This document shows positions 12,551-23,928 of a stretch of 64,000 nt of DNA, in pieces. Positions within the stretch are counted from its first letter, which is position 1. Every line of letters starts with the position of its first letter. The DNA lies in assembly GCF_963921235.1 (NCBI RefSeq), contig NC_086102.1:37262001-37326000 (forward strand). Reading direction: 5' to 3'. The notes beneath the pieces are model-generated. The model did not search any database. It was given only the letters and a program-made list of their open reading frames with translations, and was not told the origin of the DNA. The translations under genes were made by a program, and so were the position numbers. This DNA comes from Mobula hypostoma (lineage: Eukaryota).

Positions 12551-12588
<38 letters not shown>

Positions 12589-15500
12589 CACAGAGTGACA
12601 AACAACTAATGTGCAAATACACCCATAAATAAATAAATGAATAAATAACATTGAGAACATGAGTTGCAGAGTCCTTGAAAGTGTTGTGGAATCAGCTCAG
12701 AATTGAGGTGAGTGAAGTTATCCGTGCTGGCTCCGGAGCCTGGGGGTTCAAGGGTGAACATGGTGGATCAGGAACAGCTATTGCTTGGAATATGAACCTA
12801 ATGTTGGAGGTGTGCTTGCATAAACTCCATTGAAACGGGATGGGGATGAAGAAGGTGATCTCAATCATTAAAACATCCAGGTAGTTTTACTGGTATCCCG
12901 AGTGAAAGAAATTCAGCCACTGCAAGTTTTCCCAAGGTGATTTAGATGCAATTACGTTCATGCTTTTGAAGTTAATCCATCACAATAGAGAAAACACAGC
13001 AGCAAATTTTTACACAGTAATTCCCCACAAGTGATAAAAAGACCAGGTCTTTTTTAGTGGTTTGACTGAGGAATAAATATTGTCCAGGAAATCGAGAGTA
13101 ATTTTCTGTTCTTTTTCAAAGAAAAGTGGTGTGGGATCTTGGACATCTCCTGCATGAAAGCGATGTCATCTCCAAGTTAATAATGAAAATATTTATGTTG
13201 GTGTTTATAGACACTAAATTAGTTGTACACCTTTTTGATTTCCACTGAACTGCAAATGGAGTGTTACATTCAGCACAGATAATATTCACTACCAAATAGA
13301 GATTTTATTATATTAATCATTTATCTTTTCTTCAGCAAAAACAAACCCAAAAGTCTTCCAGACACCACCAGAAATCAAAGTATTGAAAGGAGACACAGCA
13401 CAAATAAATTGTTCGTACAGCGGTGGAGATGAAGAGCAGATGAGAATTAAGTGGATGAGGAACTCCAGTGAACAGCTATTGTGTCAGCAAATGAAAAATA
13501 AACATAATTCTGCTTCTATTCCAACGTGTACAAGTCGATTTCAAGTTACACTGGATACCTCAGCAAACTCTACATCTTTACTGATCGATAATGTTAATCT
13601 AAATGACATTGACATTTATTTTTGTGAATTTTCTATTGAAATACCTCCCCCTATACTGACAGCAAAAGGAGAAGGCACGTGGCTGAAAGTGGAGGGTGAG
13701 TTGTATGTCAGGAATGCCAAAGTACCTTGTAGTTATCTCTCACATAAAGTCAGAAAAATGCTGAGAATGCTCACCAAGTCGGGCAGCATCTGTGGAGAAA
13801 GAAATAAAGTCAGTGTTTCAAGCTGATGTTCTTTCCAGAAAATGCCTAAACTATTGAAGAGTTTATAGTTACAATATTAAGAATACTCACAAGAGAGAAA
13901 TCAGAAGGGCAAAGAGAAGGATTTGAGATCTGGCAGCGTAAGTTAAGAAAATTCCCAGGCAATTTTATAGCTATATTAAGAGTAAATGGAGGGCTAGGGG
14001 AAAGAATAGGTCCCCTTAGTCTTGAATCTATGTCTTGAGCCACTGGAGATGGGAAATATTTAACCAGTATTTCCCCTCAGTGTTTAATGTGCAGACTGCT
14101 CGACAGATAAGGGAAATATGTAGAGATGTTTTGGAGACACAAGAGACTGCAGGTGCTGGAGTCTGCAACAATGAACAATCTGCTGGAGGAGCACAGCAGG
14201 TTGAGCAGCATCAGGGAGAGGAAAAACTGTTTATGTTTGGGGTTGAAATCCTGAATCAGGACATTCATGTTACCAGGAAGGAAATATTCACAGCCTTCCA
14301 GCACATTAAGGTGCATAAATTCCCAGGGCTTGATCAAGTGCATTTTTGGACTTTATGGGAAGCTAGGTAGGAAATTGTGGAGTCCTTAACTGGTGTATCG
14401 TTAGTCACAGATGACCTTCCCAAAGACTGGAAGGTGGCTTTTAAAAGGGAAGCAGGGACAAGTCAGAGAACTACAGGCAAGTCAGCATGATGTCAGTAGT
14501 GCCAGGTGTACTAGAAGGAATTCTAAGGGACAGGATCTGCCACATTTGGATAGACAGAGAACAATTAGAAAGAGTCTGCGTGGCTTACAAGGACTAATAT
14601 TATATCACAATTGCTTTTCAGCACGCCCAACAGTTCAGTTAACAACCAAGGCTCCATCTTCCCCTGACGCTAGCATACAGCTCATCTGCACATCAGTGGA
14701 GTTCTACCCGGGCAACATTCAAGTGTCCTGGTTTAGGGATGGAGAGTTGATCACCAACGGGACAGAGGATGGGCATCTCTATTCTAATAGTGACGGCTCG
14801 TTCTCCATGGCAAGCTTCCTGAATCTGTCTGTATCTGACTGGAGTGATGGTGGGAATTATTCCTGTCAGGTGAACCACTCAACACTCTCCACACCAATCA
14901 TTGAACACAGTCGTGACAGCAGCCCAGGTAAGTTTGCTGGGTGTTTTGTTATACAGGTGTTTGAATCATGCCACGTTGCAAAACTTTGGAATGAATATTC
15001 CAATGATTTATTTTTCCCATTCAAGGATTTAAACAAAGTATCTCACAATTAATGCACAGGTCTGTGCTTAGTTTGGCAGACTCTCATACAGCAAAGTTGA
15101 ACTTTTCAACTTGGGACTGCTCGGGCTAACTATAACACTCAGTTTTCACAGTCAGGCCCATTCTCCCTGTGATCTGAGACTTAGATTTTCATATAGGGAA
15201 CACTGCACATTATTGGACTGTGTCAAGTCTCACATCAATGATGATAGATATGATTTGTAACAACTAAGAAGTTTAATAGGGAATACAGAGTCAAGCAGCA
15301 GAGCTGAGGTTTTGCTAAATCTAATAATGTATTGGGTGCAGGGTGGAGATAGGTCTCTACCAAAGGAGGTGTAAGTCGCTCCCTCTCTCCACTAGCCAGC
15401 AGGTCACCCTTGGGCAAGGTGTGGCACCCACTTAGCCCCCACCACCCACCAATCAGGGTCACGTAAAGCCAGGGGAGCAAGTGGTGAATGGTCGTACGAG

Positions 15501-18500
15501 CAGCCCGTGCATATCGCAATTCCTGGTTATGGAACTACTGAGACCAAGCAGACAATCACTGAAGAGTATTGATAATGGCTGGCGTCACCCATCGTGTAAA
15601 GACACTGCCCAGCAGAAGGCAATAGAAAGCCACTTCTGTAGAAAATTTACCAAGAACAATCATGGTCATGGAAAAACCACAATCGCGCATGTCAATTGAC
15701 ACGACACATAACGATGATGACGATAAATAATGCATTATCCCTCACAAAGGTTTGATTAATTTAGTCACATAGATAATTAGTCAATTTACCAAGAACTTAA
15801 GAAACTACAAAAGAGATGAGAGCTGATCCACTTACCTTGCTCTAGTAAATTGAAACCTTGAAAAGCACGGCCATTCAGAGCAGTCCACATATCATCCATA
15901 GCTAGAAAAGTTTCCCGTTCATTCTTCTCCCCTTCTTAGGCAGTCCCTCAGACATGTCCCTCAACTTGCTTCCATTCCACTCCGCTTCTCCAGGTCCCAA
16001 GGGAACTGATGAAGCTAATATGGGATCCATTGATTCCATCACTGGTGGATCAGAATGGGTGGGTCATTTGAAAAGACACAAGATTCCCTCTCCTATTTAC
16101 ATCGGATGTCCGTGTGCTCAGGAAGTCATGGATTCATCAAAACATTTCCTTGAAATACCTTACTACTGCAGAGCTCAGAGAAGACAGGTCTTTTAGGAGT
16201 CCAGGATCAAGCATATACATGATGTGGCCAGCTCTTCTGAGCCAACTGAGGGTACTTAGATCTCTGAATATCATGGATGTTGCCTGCTTATTCTGCAAAT
16301 TGCAGAGACAGTTTTGGTAGTATCTCTCCAGAGTTTAAGATGCCTGCAATAGTTAGTCCATCTGTCATTCTTTTGCTCATCTACCATCACACCCTCATCA
16401 TTCTTGTTGGTCACCTTTTCAAAATCCTCAATCAAGTTTGTGAGACGTGATTCCTCACACACAAATGCACTGAGAGCGGTAAGCGTAAAGGAGTTGGGGG
16501 CTTGCTGTTCTGGTTATCAACAGATGGTGCAACCCTGGTCATATTACGATCGAGGAACGTAATTGTAGCCCGGATATTGAACTTTTTGCTGTTGGACTCC
16601 GGCCATATTCCACCGAGATACAACATTGGGCATCATGGGAGGTCGTTCCTGCCTGTGGCCATCGAACTTTGCAGCTCCTCCCGTGGAGGGTCAGTCACCC
16701 TGAGCCAATAGGCTGGTCCTGGACCTATTTCCATCTGGCATAGTTTGCATACTGTTTGTGGTTTTTGTATTTCTATATTTATGCTCTATTCCTGGCTGGT
16801 GCAGCTGTAACGAAACTCAATTTCCCTCGGGGTCAATAAAGTATGTCTATGTCTATGTCTAAATCATGCAGACTATCCCTAATCCAACCTTGCCTTTTTA
16901 AATGCAAATAAATCTTCCTTCTCAGAACCCTCTTTCATGTCATTGACGTATAGATTAGGATGGTTGTCCCTGAGGTCCTGATATTCCAGGTTCCAAACAT
17001 CATATTGAAGGCTGGAATTTGCCTGTGTACTTCCTGTAATATGTAGTAGTCATTGTGCACCAGGTAGCATGCAAGGACGCAGAGTGAGATCTGGGTTTAA
17101 TGGCAAGCAGGTCTATAGATCCTGGAAACTAGCACCTGCTGCACAGTGCCAGCATCAGGCTGCAGCTTTTCCATAGATTTCAGAGGAGATCCAGGGTAGA
17201 TATCACATGACCTGGGGCTTTGCTCCGCGTGCTCTCTTTTGGGGCGATGACATTCAGTCAACTTCAGGCAGCATCAGATGAACAGCTGATATCATTGAAT
17301 GATCAACTAGCCTTTCCCAAGGTTTTCTCAGGGCTGATGAAGGGAGAGAGAGAAAGGGTGCTATCTGAGGGGCAGAGGGAGAGTTGGGAAGAGAAGGTGC
17401 CAGGGAATGAGGAGAGGGGATCGAAGGGTTGGAGGAAAATTGAGAGGAGTTGGGAGGAATCTAGGAAAGGAATAGAAGGAGCTAGATGAGTTTCAGGGTG
17501 TACAGGAGAGGGTTGGAAGAAGGAGGAGTAAAAGGGAGGAGTAAGAGTGAGGGAGGGTTGGGATGGGGATCACTGAAGGGAAGGAAACAAACACAACAGG
17601 AAGTTAGGGGATACTGGGTGAGGGTGAGCTACGAAGGAAGGGAAGTGTCAACCCTACCCACAATTCTTCGCCAAATCAGAAAGATATCCATATATAGCAA
17701 CTTCCACATTCCTTTCAAAGTAATCTGAAGTGTTTTGCAGCAAGAGGTTAGTGACTGTTGTAACGTAGGTGATATGGCAGCTACTTTGCAAACTGTGACT
17801 AACATTGGCAAGGACACTGGGGGGTGCGGCCCCTGCTCCGCTTTGCAATTATGTTATTTAATCCACTTGAGTTTTAAGTCCTATCTGAAAGGCAAACACC
17901 TTCAGAGATTTTTCAGTACAGGACTGGAAATCAGCCAAGGTTTTGTTCTGAAGTCTTGCGTCTCTAGCCTTCTTGCACAGGCTATATCAGTTATAATGAG
18001 CTAGCGTACAATTCTATTGGAATGAATTGTCATTACAGAATTGGCCAGCAAATAGGAAAAAAATCAGCAAAGCTGTGTATCATTTGGATAAATTAATAAG
18101 TGGATACTTTAAATTCCATTTCTGATTGGCAGCCTTAGAAGCACAGCATCTTGTGAAAATGTAAATCAAACAGGTAAATGATAGATAGTTAAAGAGGTGT
18201 TAGTGGTTTCCCACAGTCTCAAAGCTCTGGGCTTTTATTCAGAGCATGAATTCACCTCGAGTGTGGTTTTTAGATCTTTTATTCAAAATTGGTGACAAAA
18301 TGGACAATACCACATTCCCTTTGTATAGATTAAGTGATAGAAACTGCTTTGAAAAAGGAGAGTAAAATCCATGAAAATCAAGCTTTTATTGAAAAGAGTC
18401 AGATTCAGAAAGAATCATATCACTGTTGTGACTGCTGAGACTACAATGAGACCCTGTAATTCAATTTAGATAATGATTAGTGTGAAGAGAAACTAACCTT

Positions 18501-20312
18501 AAAGTTATGAGATCTACTTTGTATAATGTTATGCAATGCAACTTCAAAAGTTTTTCCTGAATTATCTCACCAGATCCTGTTAAACATAAAAAGTATTGGA
18601 CAATATCGACATTATGCAGTCTGCTTGTGCTGATAGTTGCAGTAATTTGTTTTTACTCAATTTCAAGTAAGTGTTTCATGTTTTCTAAATTACAATGCTA
18701 CATTATTGTAAATTCTAAAAGAAGCTTGCGGCAAACATAGTCGGAGTACTGTCTTGTTCCAAGTCACACGGTCAAGTTTATGTTATGAATAAGCATCCAA
18801 GTATTTTATGTATAGAACTGTAACCTTTTAAAACCAATTTACTGGGATTGTTGGCAAATATACTGTATGCTCCAAATCAGTCCTGAACTCTAACTCAGAT
18901 AGACTGTATCTTTTGTCCTTACCATTGATTCTCCTTCTTCAGTTTACTTGAACACACACCTTCAGCTTCAAGCCGCCCCACTGCCTGTTGCTTGAATCCT
19001 TCCAATCAGATTTTTGTCCTGGGATTTTGAAACAGCCACAGCCACTGATACCTTCTATTACTCTGGTGGAAATGGCATGTGATGCATAAAGAACTTCTGG
19101 TTTTCCTCTCTGTGATGAATTGTTATAAGAAACTATGTCTGCTTTCTCACATGAGCACAAATGTTCTCATGCTATTTCAAAGAGGAACAGTAAATTTGCC
19201 CTGTGTCCAGACCAACATTTAATCCTAGTATCACACTGTTGAATGCAAAATATTGTTGTGCACAAATTGCCTGGCACCTGCTTATGTAGTATAACATTTC
19301 AAAAAAACATGATTAACTTCAAAGTGCTTTAGGAAATCCTAAGAGTATGAAGAACACTTTATGAACAGACTTTACTCTGTGATGCTGCACTTAGTAACAA
19401 AATCAACTTTGCCAACTTCTTGGTTGTCCAGCTCCATAGCGATTACCGGTAGCTCCAACCTTAACAAATGGATCACAGGGCTGCACCTCTTGCACTCCTC
19501 AAAGAATTGCTCCGCAGCCACCCTGTAACTTCCTCCAGCAACTCAGCTCATCCCTTCCAAGGCTGTGGAGCACCCGGCCTCCACTCACTTTCCTGCCTAT
19601 CCCTGTTGCTGAATGCCACAGGCTGGAATCAATGCAAGCCCCTCCACCTCAGTCTCCAGCTTTCCTATTCCTCACTTCTTTAAAAGAGCTTCTAAAGAAT
19701 TCTGCTTGTACCTGGCTTTCCAGTGAGAATTCATGTCAGAGACATGATATGAGAGATACTGATGCAATCAATAGTAATTTGTGCATTGAGTTTTATAGGA
19801 TTGTTTTCATGTTTATATTATTGTGCTTATTGTATTTTTTATGCTGCATAGGCTGCAGAGTAACTATCATTTTGTTCCCCATCACACTCATGTATTGAAG
19901 AATGACAATAAACAATCTTGAATCTTAAAACAGAACTTTTCCTATTACAGGTGCTAATTCAGACTTACAGCTTTCAGTTTTAATGATTCAGATGTCTGGT
20001 TGTTAAGAGTTTTTTTTCTCTGCTAGTACACTTCCATCAATCTTGACACACAGATCAATTTGCTTTAAAACGAATTCATCTTCCTGCAGTTGGCATTACT
20101 TTTATTCTGCAGCTCTTTGGCTGCTTTACCTTCTAAGCTCCTCTAAGGATTTTCCTCTCTGGTTTATTGCAGAAAAGAAGGTTCCATTATCAGTGATATC
20201 GGCCAGGCCTGAAAGTGAACAAACTGCGAAGCCACCAGTGAGACAGCAGCTTAACAAAGATAACAGTGATGATGCTATTTACTCACTGCTTGGCCAGCAT
20301 TACGTGTGTTAA
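11421..20312 (+). CDS. Gene 1 (spliced): TMIGD2/CD28H-like IgSF receptor, leader-V-C1-TM-cytoplasmic; join(11421..11484,13336..13695,14622..14927,18574..18666,20173..20312), 963 nt, 320 aa
   Basis: Five exons, all joined in phase 1, give one open frame (64+360+306+93+140=963 nt) ending at TAA 20310-20312. Each internal exon has a pyrimidine-AG acceptor, and each exon encodes one domain. Confidence 0.85.
11690..11935 (-). mobile_element. V-SINE-like element
   Basis: V-domain-like core TTGGAATGTGGGAGGCAACCGGAACATCCGGAGGAAACACAC with a CR1-like tail at the left end. Confidence 0.6.
11935..12290 (+). mobile_element. Rex1/Babar 3' fragment
   Basis: DIFRKQCLEKAASII...NNLFPSNIRFLN; (ATTCTG)-type tail. 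Confidence 0.7.
12552..12587. repeat. (CA)n microsatellite inside a LINE 3'UTR remnant (about 12425-12780, -)
   Basis: Direct reading of the sequence. Confidence 0.95.
13336..13695 (+). CDS. Gene 1 IgV exon (germline-joined VJ type, TMIGD2/CD28H/NKp30-like)
   Basis: Acceptor ttttcttcAG, donor G|GTGAGT. Translation KVFQTPPEIKVLKGDTAQINC...RIKW...LLCQ...TCTSRF...LLIDNVNLNDIDIYFCEFSIEIPPPILTAKGEGTWLKVE has the B- and F-strand Cys, C-strand Trp, DxxxYxC and J-like GxGT. Confidence 0.95.
13990..14585 (+). mobile_element. Degenerate CR1 fragment in the V-C1 intron of gene 1
   Basis: EMGNI-NQYFPSVF, IKVHKFPGLDQV and related broken ORF2 motifs. Confidence 0.7.
14622..14927 (+). CDS. Gene 1 Ig C1-set exon
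   Basis: Acceptor ttgcttttcAG, donor G|GTAAGT. LICTSVEFYPGNIQVSWFRDG...NSDGSFSMASFL...YSCQVNHSTL matches the C1 signatures (FYP, W, NxDGSF, YxCxVxH). Confidence 0.95.
15335..15725 (+). mobile_element. RTE-related SINE or RTE remnant
   Basis: GAAGGCAATAGAAAGCCACTTCTGTAGAAAATTTACC resembles BovB/RTE-type tails; ends in (GAT)n-like repeats. Confidence 0.55.
16466..16860 (+). mobile_element. Internally deleted Rex1-type LINE nested in a minus-strand CR1 remnant (about 16330-17040)
   Basis: Endonuclease-region piece (SGKRKG..LAVL..NRWCNPGH..ELFAVGLRP) fused to the RSFLPVAI 3' end and a (CTATGT)n tail. Confidence 0.7.
18574..18666 (+). CDS. Gene 1 transmembrane exon (DPVKHKKYWTISTLCSLLVLIVAVICFYSIS)
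   Basis: Acceptor atctcaccAG, donor A|GTAAGT, phase 1-1. It encodes about 22 hydrophobic residues with no charged residue. Confidence 0.85.
20173..20312 (+). CDS. Gene 1 terminal cytoplasmic exon (KKKVPLSVISARPESEQTAKPPVRQQLNKDNSDDAIYSLLGQHYVC*)
   Basis: Acceptor ggtttattgcAG in phase 1. It places a KKK stop-transfer right after the TM and has a Tyr motif (IYSLL) near the C terminus. Confidence 0.7.
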
Positions 20313-20671
20313 ATATGAACGGGCCACCTGTTTTACCAAAGGCTGTCTGTGTAATCTTATTCTTTGAATATGCAAAGTCTCCTGTGACATTCTTTCAGAA
20401 AATTTGGCATTACTCTTGCTGCATTTTGCCAGTTTAGTGTTGTTCTAGAAATTCCTCCAGTTTATATTACCTCACTGATTATTATATGTCAAACAATTGA
20501 TTTAATGTTGCAAAATTGAACGAACAGGCAGCTGGTGAGAATCTTGCCATTATGCAAGAAATTTTTGATTGCAAACCGATCGTCCTCTCTTTGTTAAAGT
20601 GGAAACCTTATTGTTCTCAGGACACAGAGGTTCCATTCACTCAGATATTATCCTCTCATTTGTTTTTTTAT

Positions 20672-22640
20672 TATAAGACATAGGAGCAGAATCAGGCCAT
20701 TTGGCCCATCAAGTCTGCTGTGCCATTCCATCATGGCTGACATATATTCCATCTCAACCCTGATTAATCAAGAACCTATCAATTTCCATCTTAAATATAC
20801 CCGGTGCCCGGTGACTTGGCTGGAACAACTGTCTGTGCCAATGAATTTCAGAGATTCATCAGCCTCTGGCTAAAGAAATTTTTTCCACATCTGTGTTCTA
20901 AATGGACGGCCCTCAATTCTGAGGCTGTGCCCTCTGGTCCTAGATTCCCCCACTATAGGAAACATCCTTTCCGCATCCACTTTATCCAGACCTTTCAATA
21001 TTTAATAGGTTGCAATGAGATCCCTTTCACCCTTAACCTCTGGTTGTAGTCCCACCTAACCTCAGTGGAAATATATATGGCATCCATTAGTCTCGTGAGA
21101 CCGTGGAAGGTTTCCAGGTCGCAGGGAGTATGAAAGACCAGCAAGTCTCCCCTTTTCACGCCACTGATGTTGTCCAAGGGAAGGGCACTAGGGCCGATAC
21201 AGCTTGGCACCGGTGTCGTCACAGAGCAATGTGTGGTTAAGTGCCTTGCTCAAGGACATAACACACTGCCTCAGCCGAGGCTCAAACTAGCGACCTTCAG
21301 AACCCTAGACCAATGCCTTAACCACTTGGCCACGCGCCAACACAGTGGAAAAAGCCTATATATACCCCTCATAATTTTGTGTACCTCTATCAAATCTCCT
21401 CTCAGTCTCCTACATTCTGAAGAATATACAGTTTGTAGATCTAACCTATTCAATCTTTCTTTATAACTCAGGTCCTCCAGTCCTGCTTGGCAACATCCTT
21501 GTGAATTTTCTCTATATTCTTTCAACCTTGTTTACATCTTTCCTATAGGTAGGTGACCAAAATTGCACACAATACTCCAAATTAGGCCTCACCAGTGACT
21601 TACATAACTTCAACATAACGCCCCGTCTCCTATATTCAATACATTGATTTATGAAGGCCAATGTGGCAAAAGATTTCTTTATGATCCTATCTATCCATGA
21701 CACCACTTTCAATGAATTATGAACCTGTATTCCCAGATCCCTTTGTTCTACCACACTCCTCAGTTTCCTACTGTTCACTGTGTAAGACCTACCCTGTTTG
21801 GTCCTACCGAAGTACAAAAGCTCGCACTTGTCTGTGTTAAATTCCATCTGCCTTTTTTCATCCCATTTTTCCAGCTGATATAGATCCCTCTGCAAGCCAT
21901 GATAGCCTTCCTCACTGTCCGCCACTCCCCTAATCTTGGTGTCACCCGCAAATTTTCTGATCCAGTTAACCACATTATCATTAATATAGATGACAAACAA
22001 CAAAGGAGCCAGCACCAGTCCCTGCAGCACACCACTAGTCACAGGCCTCCAGTCAGAGAGACAACCCTCTACTACCACTCTCTGGCTTCTCCCACAAAGC
22101 CAATGTCTAATCCAATTTACTACCTCATCATGCATGCCGAGTGACTGACCTTCTTGATTAGCCTCCCTTCCGGGATCTTGTCAAATGCCTTGCTGAAGTC
22201 CATGTGGACAACATCCACTGCCTTGCCTTCATCCACTTTCCTGGTAACTTCCTCAAAAAACTCCACTGGATTGGTTAGACATGACCTACCAGGCACAAAG
22301 CCATGCTGACTATCCTTAATCAGTCCATGTTTATCCAAATATTTACCTATCTGGTCCCTTAGAATACCTTGCAATAACTTTCCCACAACTGGTGTCAGAC
22401 TCACCAGCTTATATTCCCTGGTCTATGTTTAGAAACGTTTTTAGACAGTGAAAAACACTGGCTATCCTGCAATCTTCTGGTACCTCTCCTAGGGTCCTGG
22501 TAATCTCTGCACGCCTCCTATAGTGTCCGAGGGAGCACCTTGTCAAGCCCTGGGGATTAATCCACCCTGATTTGCCTCAGAGTAGCAAACATCTCCTTCT
22601 CTGTAATCTGTACAGGGTCCATGAAGCTGATGCCACTTTG
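20672..22640 (-). mobile_element. CR1 fragments (3' end 20672-21035; RT 21343-22640) interrupted by a SINE
   Basis: ORFs 21512..22135 and 22120..22404 carry RT motifs (DFSKAFDKIP, LEYCVQFWSP). Confidence 0.9.
21072..21342 (-). mobile_element. tRNA-derived SINE
   Basis: Minus strand begins GTGTTGGCGCGTGGCCAAGTGGTTAAGGC (box A) with a degenerate box B (AGTTTGAGCC). TSD CAGTGGAAA at 21063-21071 and 21343-21351. Confidence 0.85.
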
Positions 22641-22985
22641 CCTCACTTCTATAGACTCTGTATCCATCTCTATTGTGTTGCTAGACCATGTATTGAACCT
22701 CCTTATTCATCAGTACTTTGGATTCCCCAGTTGGTCTGCAGTGCTTCAAAACTACTCACCTCCTTCCAGTGGGAGCCATGAATGAGAAATATGATGCTGG
22801 TCTTGTCAGTGACAACTACAGTTTGAATATCAGATTAAAAAGAGGGCAAGAATACTAGCCAACCCAAATCCAAATATCACATGAGGAAATGGAAGAGAAA
22901 TCTCAGAGGTGATACGGAAGAAAACTAAAAGGCCACCTTTACTTCTAGAACTGATTTTACTGCTAATAGTCTTCCTAAGTCTCAC

Positions 22986-23064
22986 TGAGGCAGGCAAGAT
23001 ATGCAAAAAATGTAGTTAGGCAGGCAAGAAATGCAAAAAAAATGCAGTGAGGCAGGCAAGAAAG
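22986..23064. repeat. About 2.5 copies of a ~31-bp tandem unit (TGAGGCAGGCAAGA..ATGCAAAAAATG.AG)
   Basis: Direct reading of the sequence. Confidence 0.8.
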
Positions 23065-23928
23065 ACCAGAATGACAAAAAAATGTATAAAATAAATGCTG
23101 GGTATATTGCAGATATTGTAGATTCAATCACAAGGTTGATTTGCCTGAAGTAAATGGATATAAAAATCGGAAGTTCACTGGCACCAGTTTTCTTTCATTG
23201 TCCTTAATTGCAGTGGTAAAAGTTCACTCAACGAAAGCAAGCTGTCTTATGAGAGAGATGAAAAAATAAATGCAACAAAATTATTGAGAGTAAACTTTGA
23301 GACCATTAAAATATGCTTTTTGGTCATTTGCTTTACCACATATTTTATGGTTCAGAAATGAAATAAGACATTGGTCAATTTCTGGTGCATTTGAATTGCA
23401 ATAGCAAGATCGGTCTGTGTCAAAGGTGTTTCATAAGTAAACAACATACCAAACCTGAATACATGCAATACCTCCGTGGTTTGATTTTTCTTTGTTGTAA
23501 AACTTTACAGCAGTCATAAATATGTGTGGAATAACCTTGAAACCAATGGCAATCAGACTGCAGTTTATTCTGACATAGATTACACATGTAGACTTTGCAT
23601 CTCTTAAACAATCAGCTTGTTAGTCACTTATTTGTACTTGCAGTCACCGCTGATACTCTGCGAATGAATGAAGAGAGAGGGAGAGACAGAGGGAGAGAAT
23701 GAACAAGAGAGTTGTCTTCTGGTTTAATGGCAACCCCACTAGTCTTTTGGAGCATAGTACTAGTAACCCTTGCTAGGTGTCGCCACTCCCTGTTCCGGGG
23801 TGTGGCTTCAGGCAGTGGCTTCACCTTTGCGACAAAACCAGTTACCCCAGACTACGGCTTCTGTGGAGAGGCTGCAGATAAAATCCAGCCCTCCCAAGAA
23901 ATAACCACCATGGATTTTCACTGTACCT

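Noticed and set aside
14411-14621. N-terminal extension of the 213-aa ORF upstream of the C1 domain
   Set aside because: Intronic CR1-derived sequence; the exon starts at the acceptor ending 14621.
13336-14927. Rearranging Ig light chain or TCR locus (V and C segments)
   Set aside because: V and J-like parts are in one exon ending at a splice donor, no RSS or separate J segments were seen, and TM and tail exons follow as in a fixed receptor.
17220-17728. Glu/Gly/Arg-rich ORFs
   Set aside because: Produced by a purine-rich low-complexity tract.
18939-19160. 73-aa minus-strand Cys-containing ORF as a small cytokine or antisense gene
   Set aside because: No signal peptide, recognisable motif or splice structure; it lies antisense in a gene 1 intron and is probably a chance ORF.
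21280-21342. tRNA gene
   Set aside because: It is the tRNA-derived head of a SINE with degenerate box B and a TSD around the whole element.
23625-23905. LTR-like fragment (similarly 48640-49090)
   Set aside because: No clear termini or TSD could be identified, so it is left unannotated.
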